Assembly: GCA_965200965.1 (NCBI GenBank)
Contig: OZ241744.1
Span: 3,264,001-3,328,000, forward strand
Length of the DNA: 64,000 bases
Source: an uncultured Candidatus Binatia bacterium
GTDB lineage: Bacteria; Desulfobacterota; Binatia; Bin18
Direction of reading: 5' to 3'
Part shown: positions 49,967 through 59,880 of the stretch, piece by piece
Numbering within the stretch: the stretch's first letter is position 1
How the letters are laid out: the number at the start of each line of letters is the position of its first letter
Notes under the pieces: generated by a model
Seen by the model: the letters and a program-made list of their open reading frames with translations, nothing else
Told to the model about the DNA's origin: nothing
Databases searched by the model: none
Position numbers and translations under genes: made by a program

Positions 49967-50074
49967 GAGGGCGGCCCCGCCGGGACTCACGGTGAAGCAT
50001 GCCCGGTGCGAAGCGCTCCCCCGGCCTGGACGACAGCCGCCTTTTCTGCCAAGCTCAGCCCCAAGGAGGAGGCT

Positions 50075-50245
50075 ATGAAAACCTTCTTTGAACGATTTCT
50101 TGACGAGATTGAGCGCAAGCGGGAAGCGGGGGAGATTGACGAAGAAAAAGCCCAGCACTGGATTGTGGAGATTCAGACCCAACTCCAGCAGTACGCCAAA
50201 AAGCACCCTTCCGCCCCGATCGCTAAAATGCCAGTCCTGCATTGA
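50075..50245 (+). CDS. Small hypothetical protein
   Basis: Strong AGGAGGAGG RBS; 56-aa helical charged protein. Confidence 0.6.
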   Translation: MKTFFERFLDEIERKREAGEIDEEKAQHWIVEIQTQLQQYAKKHPSAPIAKMPVLH

Positions 50246-50273
50246 TCGTGTGGCCTCACGCCAGGGAAAAACT

Positions 50274-51401
50274 ATGGAAAAGACTCCCACCCGAGCGGTC
50301 CGGATTGGCAAGGTCGAGCTTGGTGCCGGTAGCCCTGTTATCGTCCAGAGCATGTGCGCGACCAAGACGACCGATATTGACGCCACGGTTGCCCAGGTCC
50401 ACCAGCTCCAGGAGGCCGGGGCCGGCGTGGTTCGTATTGCGGTTGATAACCCCAAAGAGGCGGCTGCGCTCAAAGAGATTCGTGCCCAGACGACCGCCAC
50501 CCTGTCGGTTGACCTGCAAGAAAACTACAAGGTGGCCGCCACGGTCGCCGCGTATGTGGATAAGGTCCGCTACAACCCCGGCCATCTGCACCATATTGAA
50601 AAGGCCAAGAGCATTCCCCAGAAGGTTGCCTGGCTTGTCGGTATCGCCCGCGATACCGATGTGGCCTTGCGGATCGGGGTAAACTGTGGTTCGGTCGCCC
50701 CGGCCTTTCTGGCCCAATACCCGGGCGATCAGATGGAAGCCCTGCTCCAGTCCACCCTGTACCATTGCCGGCTGATGGACGAGTTCGGCTTTGAGCGGTT
50801 TGTGGTATCGCTCAAGGACTCAGACCCGGCCAAGGTGGTTGAGGCCAACACGCGCTTTGCCGCCGCCCGGCCCGATGTGCCGCTGCACCTCGGCGTGACC
50901 GAAGCCGGGTTGCCCCCCGACGGGATTATCAAGAGTCGGGTCGCGTTTGAAAAACTGCTGGCCAAGGGCATCGGCGATACGCTGCGCGTCTCCCTCACCC
51001 TGCCCAACGAGCGCAAGCACGAGGAAGTCACGGCCGGTTTTCAGATTATTGAAGATGTCAAAAACGGCCGCTTCCGGTCGGTGCCCGACCTCGACTCAGG
51101 GCTGAACATCATTTCCTGCCCGAGTTGCTCGCGGGTCGAGAACGAAAAGTTTGTCGAACTTGCCCAGCAGGTCAAAGCCATGACCACCTACGCCAAGCAG
51201 CACGATATCACTATCGCCGTCATGGGCTGCCGGGTGAACGGGCCGGGCGAGACCGACGACGCTGACCTCGGCCTGTGGTGCGGGCCGACAACCGTCAACC
51301 TCAAAAAGAAAAGCGCCAAGCTCGGCCACTTCGGTTATGACGTGGTGCTTGACCGCCTGCGCCACGAACTCGACGCCCTGATCGACGAACGGAATCAATA
51401 A
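50274..51401 (+). CDS. ispG: (E)-4-hydroxy-3-methylbut-2-enyl diphosphate synthase
   Basis: [47 protein letters not shown]. Confidence 0.93.
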   Translation: MEKTPTRAVRIGKVELGAGSPVIVQSMCATKTTDIDATVAQVHQLQEAGAGVVRIAVDNPKEAAALKEIRAQTTATLSVDLQENYKVAATVAAYVDKVRYNPGHLHHIEKAKSIPQKVAWLVGIARDTDVALRIGVNCGSVAPAFLAQYPGDQMEALLQSTLYHCRLMDEFGFERFVVSLKDSDPAKVVEANTRFAAARPDVPLHLGVTEAGLPPDGIIKSRVAFEKLLAKGIGDTLRVSLTLPNERKHEEVTAGFQIIEDVKNGRFRSVPDLDSGLNIISCPSCSRVENEKFVELAQQVKAMTTYAKQHDITIAVMGCRVNGPGETDDADLGLWCGPTTVNLKKKSAKLGHFGYDVVLDRLRHELDALIDERNQ

Positions 51402-51431
51402 GGCTTGCCGTTCGCCCGGAAAACTCGAAAG

Positions 51432-52442
51432 CTACCACCCATAGCGCTCTTGCTAGTAGGCCGCCCACTCCGAGACCGCCCCGCCACAGTCCCGCCTCAC
51501 GGCCTCAGCAAGCACGGACGGACAGACCCCTGAGAAGGCGTCGTCGGGTCGCCTCAAGGTGGCGCGGACCATGGCCTCAAGCGTTTTCAGCCCGGGAAAT
51601 CGCCTGGTCAGAGGCGGAGAGGTGACTTTCTCCCGATACGCCCAGTTGCCCTCAGGCACGACGCTGACGAGTTTCGCCTCTGAAACGCCGAACTCTTTTT
51701 GCTCAACCATCCGGTCGGCCAGCAGCCGCAGGCGCATGATCTGGTAGAAGGGTTCGTAGAGCAGTTCTTCCATCGGAGCCACGCCGTTGAAGGAGGAAGA
51801 GCCGGCGGAGTAGCGAGCGGCATAGCGCTGTCGCCGCGTCCTGCCCTGATTTCCCTGGCCTTTATCTTCTCTCTGGTATTTCTCCGTGTACTTCCACTCC
51901 AGGAGATAGGCGCGCCGTCTGCCGCCATTGGTCGTGGCGACCGCAAAGGCATCAATGCTGGTCACATTCGCTCCCCGGGTCAGGGCCGCGTCCTCCTCAA
52001 GCGGACGATCGAGGCCGACCCATTCAAACTCGATAGGCGACACGGTGCCCTGGTGGGAGATTGGAGCGATATCGCTGACATCGCTGTCAATGCTCCGAAT
52101 ACCCGCCGCCAGTGCGCCGGGTATGTCAGCCAAAGGAAGCAGAAAGTTCACACATGCAATCTGGGAACTCGCCATGTTGCGGGTCGGCCTCTCCCCCTTG
52201 GAACGGTCGCCGTTCCGGCCGGATTGCCACCAGGGGATGTTGCGGTCTTTGAAAAATCTGACCGCCCCGTCCTCGCCCCGGAGTGGCGGGTAGAGGTTTT
52301 CTTCCTCACACCCCACACTCAGGAGGTAGCCGTATTTCTGCCCGTGAGCATCCGAGGGCGAGCGTCCCTGCTGGCTGACTGTTGCAGAGGTCTGCCGAAA
52401 ATGCGCCTGGCGCTTTTTGGCGATATCTTCGAAGTTTGGCAT
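51432..52442 (-). CDS. Putative PD-(D/E)xK nuclease (PGN_0703-like) with a TAG close to its 3' end
   Basis: SSQ.ACVNFL, EFEW, RG...TS.DA, LLEWKYTE.Y, YQ.MR..LLA. GGAGG RBS. Ends WAAY*QERYGW*. Confidence 0.6.
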
Positions 52443-52498
52443 CTCGATTCCTCCAATGACCCCGCCTGTGTTTTCACGTTTCCTCCCGCGCAACCACC

Positions 52499-53152
52499 TT
52501 GACCCCGCGCCTTGACGCAGATAAGGCCAGACGAGATGGGTGCGCAAAGGGGACAGGTGTTGTGAAGGTCAATGTGGCTGCCGGCTACCACGCCCGGCTG
52601 CGCCGGCAGGCGTTCTACACGCCCATCCTGGTTGGCTTGGCCGGTCGGCGCAAGACCGGCTTGGCCATGCGGGTGCCTGAGCTGTTCTCCTTTCGCCGCG
52701 AAGGGCTGCCGATCACTGTGCGCCTCATCGGCTATCAGGGCCGGGAAGGGGTATGGCTGGTGGCTGTGGCGTTTCGGATTGCGGCTGACGCCCGGTTTCT
52801 GCTTGAAGGCATTGCCTATCTGAATCCCCATCAGGCCGACGACTATCATCTGCTCCACAATCTGGCCCAGCAGGAAGGGTTTCCGCTGATCTTCCTGAAC
52901 GACAGTCTGAAGGTCGGGGTCGGCCAGGAAGTCGTCTGGTCGGTCTATAATCGGCAACAGGTCAGGGTCTTGCTGCACCAGCTCGATCATGTCCTGCCCG
53001 AGCTGCGCGAAGACGGATCGGTCGATCCCGCCTTCAGCGCCATTCGCCGCGAGTTCCATACCTGCCACTCCGTCCAGACCCTCCTGGCCACCCAGCCCCA
53101 TGTGACCGGGGTGAGTTTTGGCCCGTCGTTTCGGGGCGTTGTCTTGGAATAG
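52499..53152 (+). CDS. Hypothetical protein
   Basis: 217-aa ORF ending 11 nt before the helicase gene. Start uncertain. Confidence 0.55.
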   Translation: MTPRLDADKARRDGCAKGTGVVKVNVAAGYHARLRRQAFYTPILVGLAGRRKTGLAMRVPELFSFRREGLPITVRLIGYQGREGVWLVAVAFRIAADARFLLEGIAYLNPHQADDYHLLHNLAQQEGFPLIFLNDSLKVGVGQEVVWSVYNRQQVRVLLHQLDHVLPELREDGSVDPAFSAIRREFHTCHSVQTLLATQPHVTGVSFGPSFRGVVLE

Positions 53153-53163
53153 GCCAGTGGTTC

Positions 53164-56100
53164 ATGCGGAAAGACACCGATCGCTATTGCTACAGCCCGT
53201 CTGACCTGCTGGAGTTTCTGCATTCGCCGTTTGCGAGCTGGATGACGCGCAGGGGGCTTGACGACCCCCAGGCCGCTCAGCCGGACGCCGAGTCGCCCCA
53301 GCAGTTGATCCTGGCAGAGCACGGCCGCCGCCACGAGCAGGCTTTCCTCAAGCAGCTCCACGACCAGGGCCGCCAAGTGTACAGGGTTCCGCCCGGCGGC
53401 GACCGTGCGCAGCACACCCTGCGCGCCATGCAGGCTGGACACGAGGTGATTTTTCGAGGCGTGCTGGCCCAGGCTGATTATGTCGGGGAAGCCGATTTCC
53501 TGGTCCGGGTTGAAACGCCGTCGCGGCTGGGCGGCTATGCCTACGAGGTGTGGGAGACTAGGCTGGCGCGGGCGGTGCGGCCCGAGTTTCTCATCCAGTT
53601 GTGCGGCTATGCCGAACTGCTTGAGGCGGTCCAGGGCCGCTGTCCTGAGCGGCTCTCCTGCGTGCTGGGCAACGGCCAGGTGTGCGCCTTTCGGACGGCC
53701 GATTATGTGTATTACTACCGGGCGCTGAAAAGCGCCTTTGTCGCCTTCCTGGACGACTTTGCGCCCGGCCGTCCGCCGCCGCCCAACCCGTGGGGCGAGA
53801 ACGGCCGCTGGCAGTCGCACGCCGAGGCGTTGCTTGAAGCCAGCGATCACCTGTGCCGGGTGGCCAACATCAACCAGGCCCAGGTCGAAAAGATCCAGGC
53901 CGCGGGGATATACACCATGCGCGGCCTGGCCGGCACCGACCGGCAGCGTGTGGCGCAAAGGCGAACGATGACTCAGAAGAGCTCATCGTTCGCCTTCCTG
54001 GACGACGCGGTTTTTGCTCGCCTGCGGGAGCAGGCCCGCCTCCAGTTGGCATCTGTCGGTGCCGATACACCGGCCTGCCAGCTTGTGACGCCTGCGGCGG
54101 ACGACCCGCGCCGCGGGTTGGCCCTGCTGCCGCCCGAATCGGCTCTTGATATCTATTGTGACCTGGAGGGCTATCCGCTGATTGAGGGCGGGCTGGAGTA
54201 CCTGTTTGGGGCGAGTGCTCTCGAGCCCGCCACGCCCAGGTTTTTTGACTGGTGGGCCCACAACGCCGAGCAGGAAAAGCGCGCCTTTGAAGCCTTTGTT
54301 GACTGGGCGTTTGCCCGCTGGCAGGCCGACCTAGGCGCGCATATCTACCACTACGGGCACTACGAAGTAACGGCCCTGCGGCGTCTGATGGGCCGCTACG
54401 CGACGCGCGAGGCCGAGGTGGACGCCCTGCTGCGCAACGGTGTTTTTATCGATCTGTACACGATTGTCCGCCAGGGGCTGCGGGTTGGCGAGCCGCGCTA
54501 CTCGCTCAAGAACCTGGAGCGGCTGTTTCGTCCGAAGCGGACCGGAGCAGTCGGCACTGCGCTTGACTCGGTAGTGGCCTATGAACGCTGGCTGGCCAGC
54601 GATGAGCCGCCGGACTGGCGGGCCTCAGCCATGCTGCAAGAGATCAGGGCCTATAATCGGGAAGACTGTGAGTCGGCCCGGCAACTCGCCGGCTGGCTGC
54701 GGGAGCGGCAGCGCGAAGCCGGCATGGTCTGGCTGCCGGCCAGCCCGGGCCGGTCTGAGGAGGGCACACCCGAAGTGCCGGCCCAGCCCAACCCGCGCCA
54801 CGAGTTGGCCGCGCAATTGTTGACCGCCATTCCTGAGCGACGGGAAGAGCGGGCGGGGGACGAGCCGCGCTGGCAGGCCCAGGAGATGCTGGGCCAGGTG
54901 CTGGAGTTTCATCGCCGCGAGGAAAAGCCGATGTGGTGGGCAACCTTTGAACGCCAGGCCATGACCGAGCAGGAACTGATTGAAGACGGTGACTGCCTCG
55001 GCGGGCTGCGCCGCGAGTCTGAGCTGCCCGTTTCCATCAAAAAATCGCTGGGTTTCTGGTACACCTTTGACCCGGACCAGGACACCAAACTGACCGAAGG
55101 CGCGGCCTGCTTTTTTGCTCACGATCTCGATATCACCACCGAAATCCACGCCCTCAACCGGGACGCGGGGCGGGTGTGTCTCAGGTTTGGCCTCCGCAAA
55201 CTCCGGCAGTTCGGCGACGCTCGCCCCCCGGCCCGGCTGTCCCTGATTCCGAATGAGCGCGTCCCAGCCCAGGTGATTGCCGAGGCCATCGAACATACCG
55301 CCCGAAGCTGGCAGGAAGGCCGCCCCCTCTCTCCTGCCCTGGCCGACTTCCTGGCCCGTCGGCCACCCCGTCTGCGCCCGGCCTCCGACCCCGCCGGCGT
55401 GCCCCAGCCCCTCGTCGCTCCCGGCGAAGACCTGTGCGCCGCGGCCGTGCGTCTGGTGTCCGGGCTTGACCATTCCTGTTTGTGCATCCAGGGCCCGCCC
55501 GGGGCCGGTAAAACAACCGTTGCCTCCGCGGCCATTGTATCGCTCCTGGAGCAGGGCAAGCGTGTTGGGATCAGTTCAAACAGTCACGCCGCGATTCTGA
55601 ATCTGCTGGAGAAATGCGGCGAGCTCCACAACGGTCGGCTCGACTGCATCAAGGTCGGCGGTCCGTCGGACGCCCCGTTTTTTGCCCGCTGCCGCGGGGC
55701 GCGCTACGCCCAATCGGTCCGCTACGCCCTGCCCGAGTTGGACAAGGTCGGGCTGATCGGCGGTACGGCCTGGGCCTTCAGCGCCGCGGACATGCGGGAG
55801 CGGCTGGACTACCTGTTTGTTGACGAGGCCGGCCAAGTCTCGGTGGCCAACCTGATCGGCATGGCCCCCTCCAGCAAAAACCTCGTTCTGCTCGGCGACC
55901 AGATGCAGCTCAGTCAGCCGATCCAGGGCTCGCATCCCGGCCACAGCGGTCAGTCGGCTCTCGAATACCTGCTCCAGGGCCGGGCGACCATCCCCGACAG
56001 GCTGGGGCTGTTCCTGGATACCAGTTGGCGGCTCCATCCCGAACTGTGCGGCTTTATTTCCGACACTATGTATGACGGCCGGCTGCGGGCCGCGGCCCAC

Positions 56101-56655
56101 ACCGGCAAGCGGCTTGTCCGCCGGCCGCCAGGCGCAGGCGGGCATATCCGGCGGGAGGCCGGCCTCGTCTTTGTGCCGGTCGTCCATAGCGGCAATACCC
56201 AGGCCAGCGACGAAGAAGTCGCCGTGATCCGGGAGATTGTGCATGAACTGCTAGGCCGGGCGCTGACCGATGAAACAGGCCAGCCCGCCGGAGCGGTCGG
56301 CTGGGACGATATCCTGATTGTTGCCCCGTATAATATGCAGGTGCGTAAGCTCCAGTCGGCCCTGGGGCCGTCGGCCAGGGTGGGTTCGGTCGATAAGTTT
56401 CAGGGCCAGGAAGCCGCGGTGGTGATGGTGTCCATGTGCGCCAGCCACGGCGAGACTTCGCCCCGGGGCATCGAGTTTCTGTTCAGCCGCAACCGTTTGA
56501 ATGTCGCCCTGTCCCGGGCCCGCAGCCTAGCCGTTGTGGTGGCCCATCCAGGCCTGTCGCGGACACCCTGCGCCACCCTGGCCCAGATGGCGGCGGTGAA
56601 TGTCTTCTGTCGGGTGGTGGAGGAGGGCGGAGCAGCGGGAACTGCCGGGGTATGA
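53164..56655 (+). CDS. TM0106-family RecB-like nuclease / RNase H-like / SF1 (DNA2-NAM7-like) helicase fusion
   Basis: SPSDL, G.ADFL..V, QLC.YA; DLEG.P, HIYHY..YE, YSLK.LE, YN.EDC; QGPPGAGKT, VDEAGQ, LGD..QL, VDKFQGQE, NRLNVALSRA. Confidence 0.9.
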   Translation: MRKDTDRYCYSPSDLLEFLHSPFASWMTRRGLDDPQAAQPDAESPQQLILAEHGRRHEQAFLKQLHDQGRQVYRVPPGGDRAQHTLRAMQAGHEVIFRGVLAQADYVGEADFLVRVETPSRLGGYAYEVWETRLARAVRPEFLIQLCGYAELLEAVQGRCPERLSCVLGNGQVCAFRTADYVYYYRALKSAFVAFLDDFAPGRPPPPNPWGENGRWQSHAEALLEASDHLCRVANINQAQVEKIQAAGIYTMRGLAGTDRQRVAQRRTMTQKSSSFAFLDDAVFARLREQARLQLASVGADTPACQLVTPAADDPRRGLALLPPESALDIYCDLEGYPLIEGGLEYLFGASALEPATPRFFDWWAHNAEQEKRAFEAFVDWAFARWQADLGAHIYHYGHYEVTALRRLMGRYATREAEVDALLRNGVFIDLYTIVRQGLRVGEPRYSLKNLERLFRPKRTGAVGTALDSVVAYERWLASDEPPDWRASAMLQEIRAYNREDCESARQLAGWLRERQREAGMVWLPASPGRSEEGTPEVPAQPNPRHELAAQLLTAIPERREERAGDEPRWQAQEMLGQVLEFHRREEKPMWWATFERQAMTEQELIEDGDCLGGLRRESELPVSIKKSLGFWYTFDPDQDTKLTEGAACFFAHDLDITTEIHALNRDAGRVCLRFGLRKLRQFGDARPPARLSLIPNERVPAQVIAEAIEHTARSWQEGRPLSPALADFLARRPPRLRPASDPAGVPQPLVAPGEDLCAAAVRLVSGLDHSCLCIQGPPGAGKTTVASAAIVSLLEQGKRVGISSNSHAAILNLLEKCGELHNGRLDCIKVGGPSDAPFFARCRGARYAQSVRYALPELDKVGLIGGTAWAFSAADMRERLDYLFVDEAGQVSVANLIGMAPSSKNLVLLGDQMQLSQPIQGSHPGHSGQSALEYLLQGRATIPDRLGLFLDTSWRLHPELCGFISDTMYDGRLRAAAHTGKRLVRRPPGAGGHIRREAGLVFVPVVHSGNTQASDEEVAVIREIVHELLGRALTDETGQPAGAVGWDDILIVAPYNMQVRKLQSALGPSARVGSVDKFQGQEAAVVMVSMCASHGETSPRGIEFLFSRNRLNVALSRARSLAVVVAHPGLSRTPCATLAQMAAVNVFCRVVEEGGAAGTAGV
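53958..53996. repeat. 39-bp palindromic element within the helicase CDS
   Basis: AAGGCGAACGATGA / TCATCGTTCGCCTT perfect 14-bp arms. A related copy lies at 21790-21841. Confidence 0.85.
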
Positions 56656-57107
56656 GCACGTTTCGGAAATACCTGCTGCTCCAGGTCCCTGGCTGGGTCC
56701 TGTGGGGGCTGATTTTGGTCGGGGCTCACGCGTGGCTCGCTCTGCCGCGGTGGGCCGGCCTGCTGTTGCTGAGCCTGGCCATCGGCAAGGACTTTGCCCT
56801 CTACCCGTATGTACGCTCGGCCTACGAGTCTGAGGTAAAAACCGGGGCTGCGCGGCTGCTCGGCGCGCGAGCTCGGGTGTGCCAGGTGCTGAACCCCCAG
56901 GGCTATGTGCGGGTCAACGGTGAGCTGTGGCGGGCCGAACTTGAACACGCCAAAGAGAGGCGGCCGGCCCTTTTCCTGCCGGTCGGTCGGCGGGTGGTTG
57001 TGCAGGGCTTTCGGGGGCTCACCCTTGTTGTCGGTCCAGAGGAGAGCGTGCCAGAAAAAAGCCCTGCCGCGGCTGAGACCGGGCGGGGCTGTGAGAGGGC
57101 CTGCTGA
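56652..57107 (+). CDS. NfeD-like membrane protein (C-terminal OB fold)
   Basis: Two TM helices then LLG..A.V...LNP.GYV.V.GELWRA...G..V.V....GLTL.V. Confidence 0.78.
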   Translation: MSTFRKYLLLQVPGWVLWGLILVGAHAWLALPRWAGLLLLSLAIGKDFALYPYVRSAYESEVKTGAARLLGARARVCQVLNPQGYVRVNGELWRAELEHAKERRPALFLPVGRRVVVQGFRGLTLVVGPEESVPEKSPAAAETGRGCERAC

Positions 57108-57117
57108 CGCGCTCCGA

Positions 57118-58242
57118 TTATTTGGCGTGCAGGGCTGAGCCGACCGCCACATCAACCGGAGCCTGAACGGTCTTGGGCGTCCAGCTGTGGAGTTCTTGGC
57201 CGACGGTCCGGGCGAACAGCCTCATGCAGCGTTCGACCTCGTCGTAGGGCAGGCTCTGGTAGCTGAAGCAGCCGTTGATCTCAAAGTCGCCGATGACCTC
57301 ACGGCGTTTGCGGACTTTCTCAACCAGCATGTCGGGCGTGCCCCACAGGTTGGCGTTCAGGAAGTCTTCCACCACCGCGTCCATGCCGGCGGCCTTCATT
57401 TGCTGGGCGGCGTGGGCGTAGTGGGCGTAGGATTTGCCGGTTTCGGCAAAATGATCGCCGGTCATTTCGTAGTGCTCCATCACACTCCAGTAGTAGCCGA
57501 CGATATTGACCCGGGCGATCTCTTCGGCCCGCTTGACATCCTCGGTGCAGGCCACAAAGTCGGCGCAGTTGATCGGCGGGGCTTCTTCGCCGTTGTTGTG
57601 TTTGCGGAAGTTTTCCCGGTACTGATGGATGTTGTCGGCCACCTTTTCCCAGCTCATCTGGGAGAACATCATTGCCCCGAGGCCCAGCCGGGCGGCCACG
57701 TCAAACGACTCGGGCGACATGCACACCATGTAGCGACGGCCCTTGAAGCTGCCGACCGGCCGCGGCCGGACCTCAATCCGCGCCTGTTTGTAGTGCTGGG
57801 TGTCGGCTTCGACAAAGCCGTTTTCCAGGCCGTTGACGATGATCTCGGCCGCTTCGTTAAAGCGGTCCCGGGCCTCGGACATATCCACGCCAAAACCGCG
57901 GTACTCGCGCCGCGACAGCCCCCGGCCAAGCCCGAGGACGGCCCGCCCGTCGGACAGGTGGTCAAGGAGGACCATTTTTTCGACGACGCGCATCGGGTTG
58001 TTCCAGGGCAGGATGATCGCGCCGGTGGCCAGTTGCAGGCGCTCGGTCCGGGCGGCGATATAGCTCAGGTACTGCATGTTGTCGGGGCAGATTGAGTAAT
58101 CAAAGAAATGGTGCTCAACCGGCCAGATTATATCAAAGCCCATGCCCTCCGATTCGATGGCGAGGCGGGTTTCATTCTTGTACATTTCCCGGTCGTCGTG
58201 GGCCTTATGGTTCTGCAGGACCATCTGTATGCCGATTCTCAT
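57118..58242 (-). CDS. LLM-class flavin-dependent oxidoreductase
   Basis: GFD..W.VEHHF, ILPWNNP.RV.E...LDHLS.GR..LG.GRG, RPRP. Confidence 0.9.
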   Translation of the reverse strand: MRIGIQMVLQNHKAHDDREMYKNETRLAIESEGMGFDIIWPVEHHFFDYSICPDNMQYLSYIAARTERLQLATGAIILPWNNPMRVVEKMVLLDHLSDGRAVLGLGRGLSRREYRGFGVDMSEARDRFNEAAEIIVNGLENGFVEADTQHYKQARIEVRPRPVGSFKGRRYMVCMSPESFDVAARLGLGAMMFSQMSWEKVADNIHQYRENFRKHNNGEEAPPINCADFVACTEDVKRAEEIARVNIVGYYWSVMEHYEMTGDHFAETGKSYAHYAHAAQQMKAAGMDAVVEDFLNANLWGTPDMLVEKVRKRREVIGDFEINGCFSYQSLPYDEVERCMRLFARTVGQELHSWTPKTVQAPVDVAVGSALHAK

Positions 58243-58389
58243 GGTCACTCCTTCCTTTCCCCCCTGGTGTTCCAAAGGGTCTGTTCACATATCGGGCCAG
58301 CCTAGCCCAATCGGACCGATCGGACAAGGGACGCCGGCCGGGACACGCGGGCGTTGACTTCATTGCCGGTGTCGCGTTTCATAAGACCC

Positions 58390-58911
58390 ATGCCGGGGTG
58401 TCTGAAAACTGCTGTCCTGCTCCTGGCACTGCTGTGTCCCGTCGGCCTCGGAGCGGTTGAGACCGCCCCGCGCATCTCAGACCGGGAGATCGTTGAGCGG
58501 CTGACCAGGCTGGAAGCGGGGCAAGGCCACTTGGCGAGCAAAATTGAGGCGAACACCGCGGCCACTGACCAGTTGCGGACGGGTATGCAGATGCAGATTC
58601 AGCAGTTGCGGACGGATATGCAGACGCAGATTCAGCAGTTGCGGACGGATATGAATGCTCAGTTTGATCGGCTTTCGCAACTCATGCTGGGGATTGTTGG
58701 CGCGTTTGCCGCGCTTGTGGCGGCGACGCTTGGGTTTGCGCTGTGGGACCGGCGGACGCTCGTGCGGCCCCTTGAGGGCAAGGTGCAAGCGGTCGAAGAG
58801 GAGTTGGCCCACAACCGCGCACATCTGCACTCCCTGCTGGAAGCCTTCCGCTCGCTGGGGCGTCAGGATGAGAAGGTAGCCGCGGTGCTGCGGCAATTCC
58901 GGCTGTTGTAG
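58390..58911 (+). CDS. Coiled-coil membrane protein with 11-residue repeats
   Basis: Signal peptide, EIVERLTRLE, QLRTDMQTQIQ repeats, TM helix ending WDRRT. Confidence 0.75.
   Translation: MPGCLKTAVLLLALLCPVGLGAVETAPRISDREIVERLTRLEAGQGHLASKIEANTAATDQLRTGMQMQIQQLRTDMQTQIQQLRTDMNAQFDRLSQLMLGIVGAFAALVAATLGFALWDRRTLVRPLEGKVQAVEEELAHNRAHLHSLLEAFRSLGRQDEKVAAVLRQFRLL
58570..58653 (+). repeat. 33-bp tandem repeat, about 2.5 copies
   Basis: CAGTTGCGGACGG[G/A]TATGCAGA[T/C]GCAGATTCAG at 58570 and 58603, partial copy at 58636. Confidence 0.92.
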
Positions 58912-58933
58912 GCCGGTTGTTCAACTCATCGGC

Positions 58934-59878
58934 TCAGCTTGTGTCACTTGTACCTTGGACTGAAAAAGGCTCACCATCGCGGTCATAGGCAAAGTCCGGT
59001 CCGGCGTAGTCATTCCAGCGGCGGTTATAGGGACCGGCTTCGAAGCGTGAAACGTCGTCGGTCGTGCCTGGGTCTCCCTCGTCAAGCCCGTGGCCGAATT
59101 CCACGCCACCAAGGTTGGTCAGGATGTAGCGATTGTGCATCTTGTCGCCATCCTCACGGTTTTTCCAACGATGTACGGTGAGTGTCGCTCCTGCGGGAAG
59201 AATAGGAGGGAGCTTAGCCCTGCATTCTTTCTGAAACTTCTCCCAAATCGGCGCACCATCGCGATCGGCCGTATGGAGTTCGATTGTGAGATCTGAGGCT
59301 CGGGTCCCGATGATCCTGACAAATGCGGCCAGAGGTTTCCTGAATCTCTCTTCGGTAGCGCGGAAGTGCGGGTCTACAAACAGTACTTTTGTTGCGCAAC
59401 GCAGCATCGGCGCAACGCATTCTGCCATTGCTTCCGCGGTCCGTTTGACGGTTCTTGTACCCGGGGTGTTCCAGAGTTCAGGCGTTCCATCTACGATGGC
59501 GTCTTCAAGTATGATGTTTGTGTTTCTGCGTGGGTTGTCGCGGGCCAGGATTGCGTGAAAGGGTTTGCGGGTGTGTTCATTCTCCGCGTTGGTGAGCCAG
59601 CCGAGGGAGTCGTCCCAGATATATCCCGGACGCTTAACCACGGGCATAGTCAACTGTTTTACCAATTCTTCTATCCGTCCCCGTGCCGTTTCTTTTTTGC
59701 TGGGGGGGCCGCTGAAGGTGTCATCAAAAGCTTCCCAAACCAGTCTTTTCCATTTCTTGGGGTAACGTGAGACAACTTTTCCCTTGTCAGAACCAAACTG
59801 GCTAATAAAAAATCTTCCCTTTAGGCGATCATGCCAGGACGCGACAAGTTCAGGCTCTAGCGCATATTCGTGAATCAT
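58934..59878 (-). CDS. Hypothetical protein with C-terminal PLD-like (MIT_C-type) domain, putative nuclease effector
   Basis: VLFVDPHF...MHNRYILT..GG..FGHGLD pattern. Starts 2 nt after the ATPase stop. Confidence 0.65.
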   Translation of the reverse strand: MIHEYALEPELVASWHDRLKGRFFISQFGSDKGKVVSRYPKKWKRLVWEAFDDTFSGPPSKKETARGRIEELVKQLTMPVVKRPGYIWDDSLGWLTNAENEHTRKPFHAILARDNPRRNTNIILEDAIVDGTPELWNTPGTRTVKRTAEAMAECVAPMLRCATKVLFVDPHFRATEERFRKPLAAFVRIIGTRASDLTIELHTADRDGAPIWEKFQKECRAKLPPILPAGATLTVHRWKNREDGDKMHNRYILTNLGGVEFGHGLDEGDPGTTDDVSRFEAGPYNRRWNDYAGPDFAYDRDGEPFSVQGTSDTS

Positions 59879-59880
59879 TG

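Noticed and set aside
51453-51455. Pyrrolysine readthrough of the TAG
   Set aside because: No pyl genes in the window and the site is not catalytic. A point mutation is simpler.
58570-58653. 33-bp repeats as a CRISPR array
   Set aside because: Head-to-tail with no spacers, in-frame within a CDS, and no cas genes in the window.
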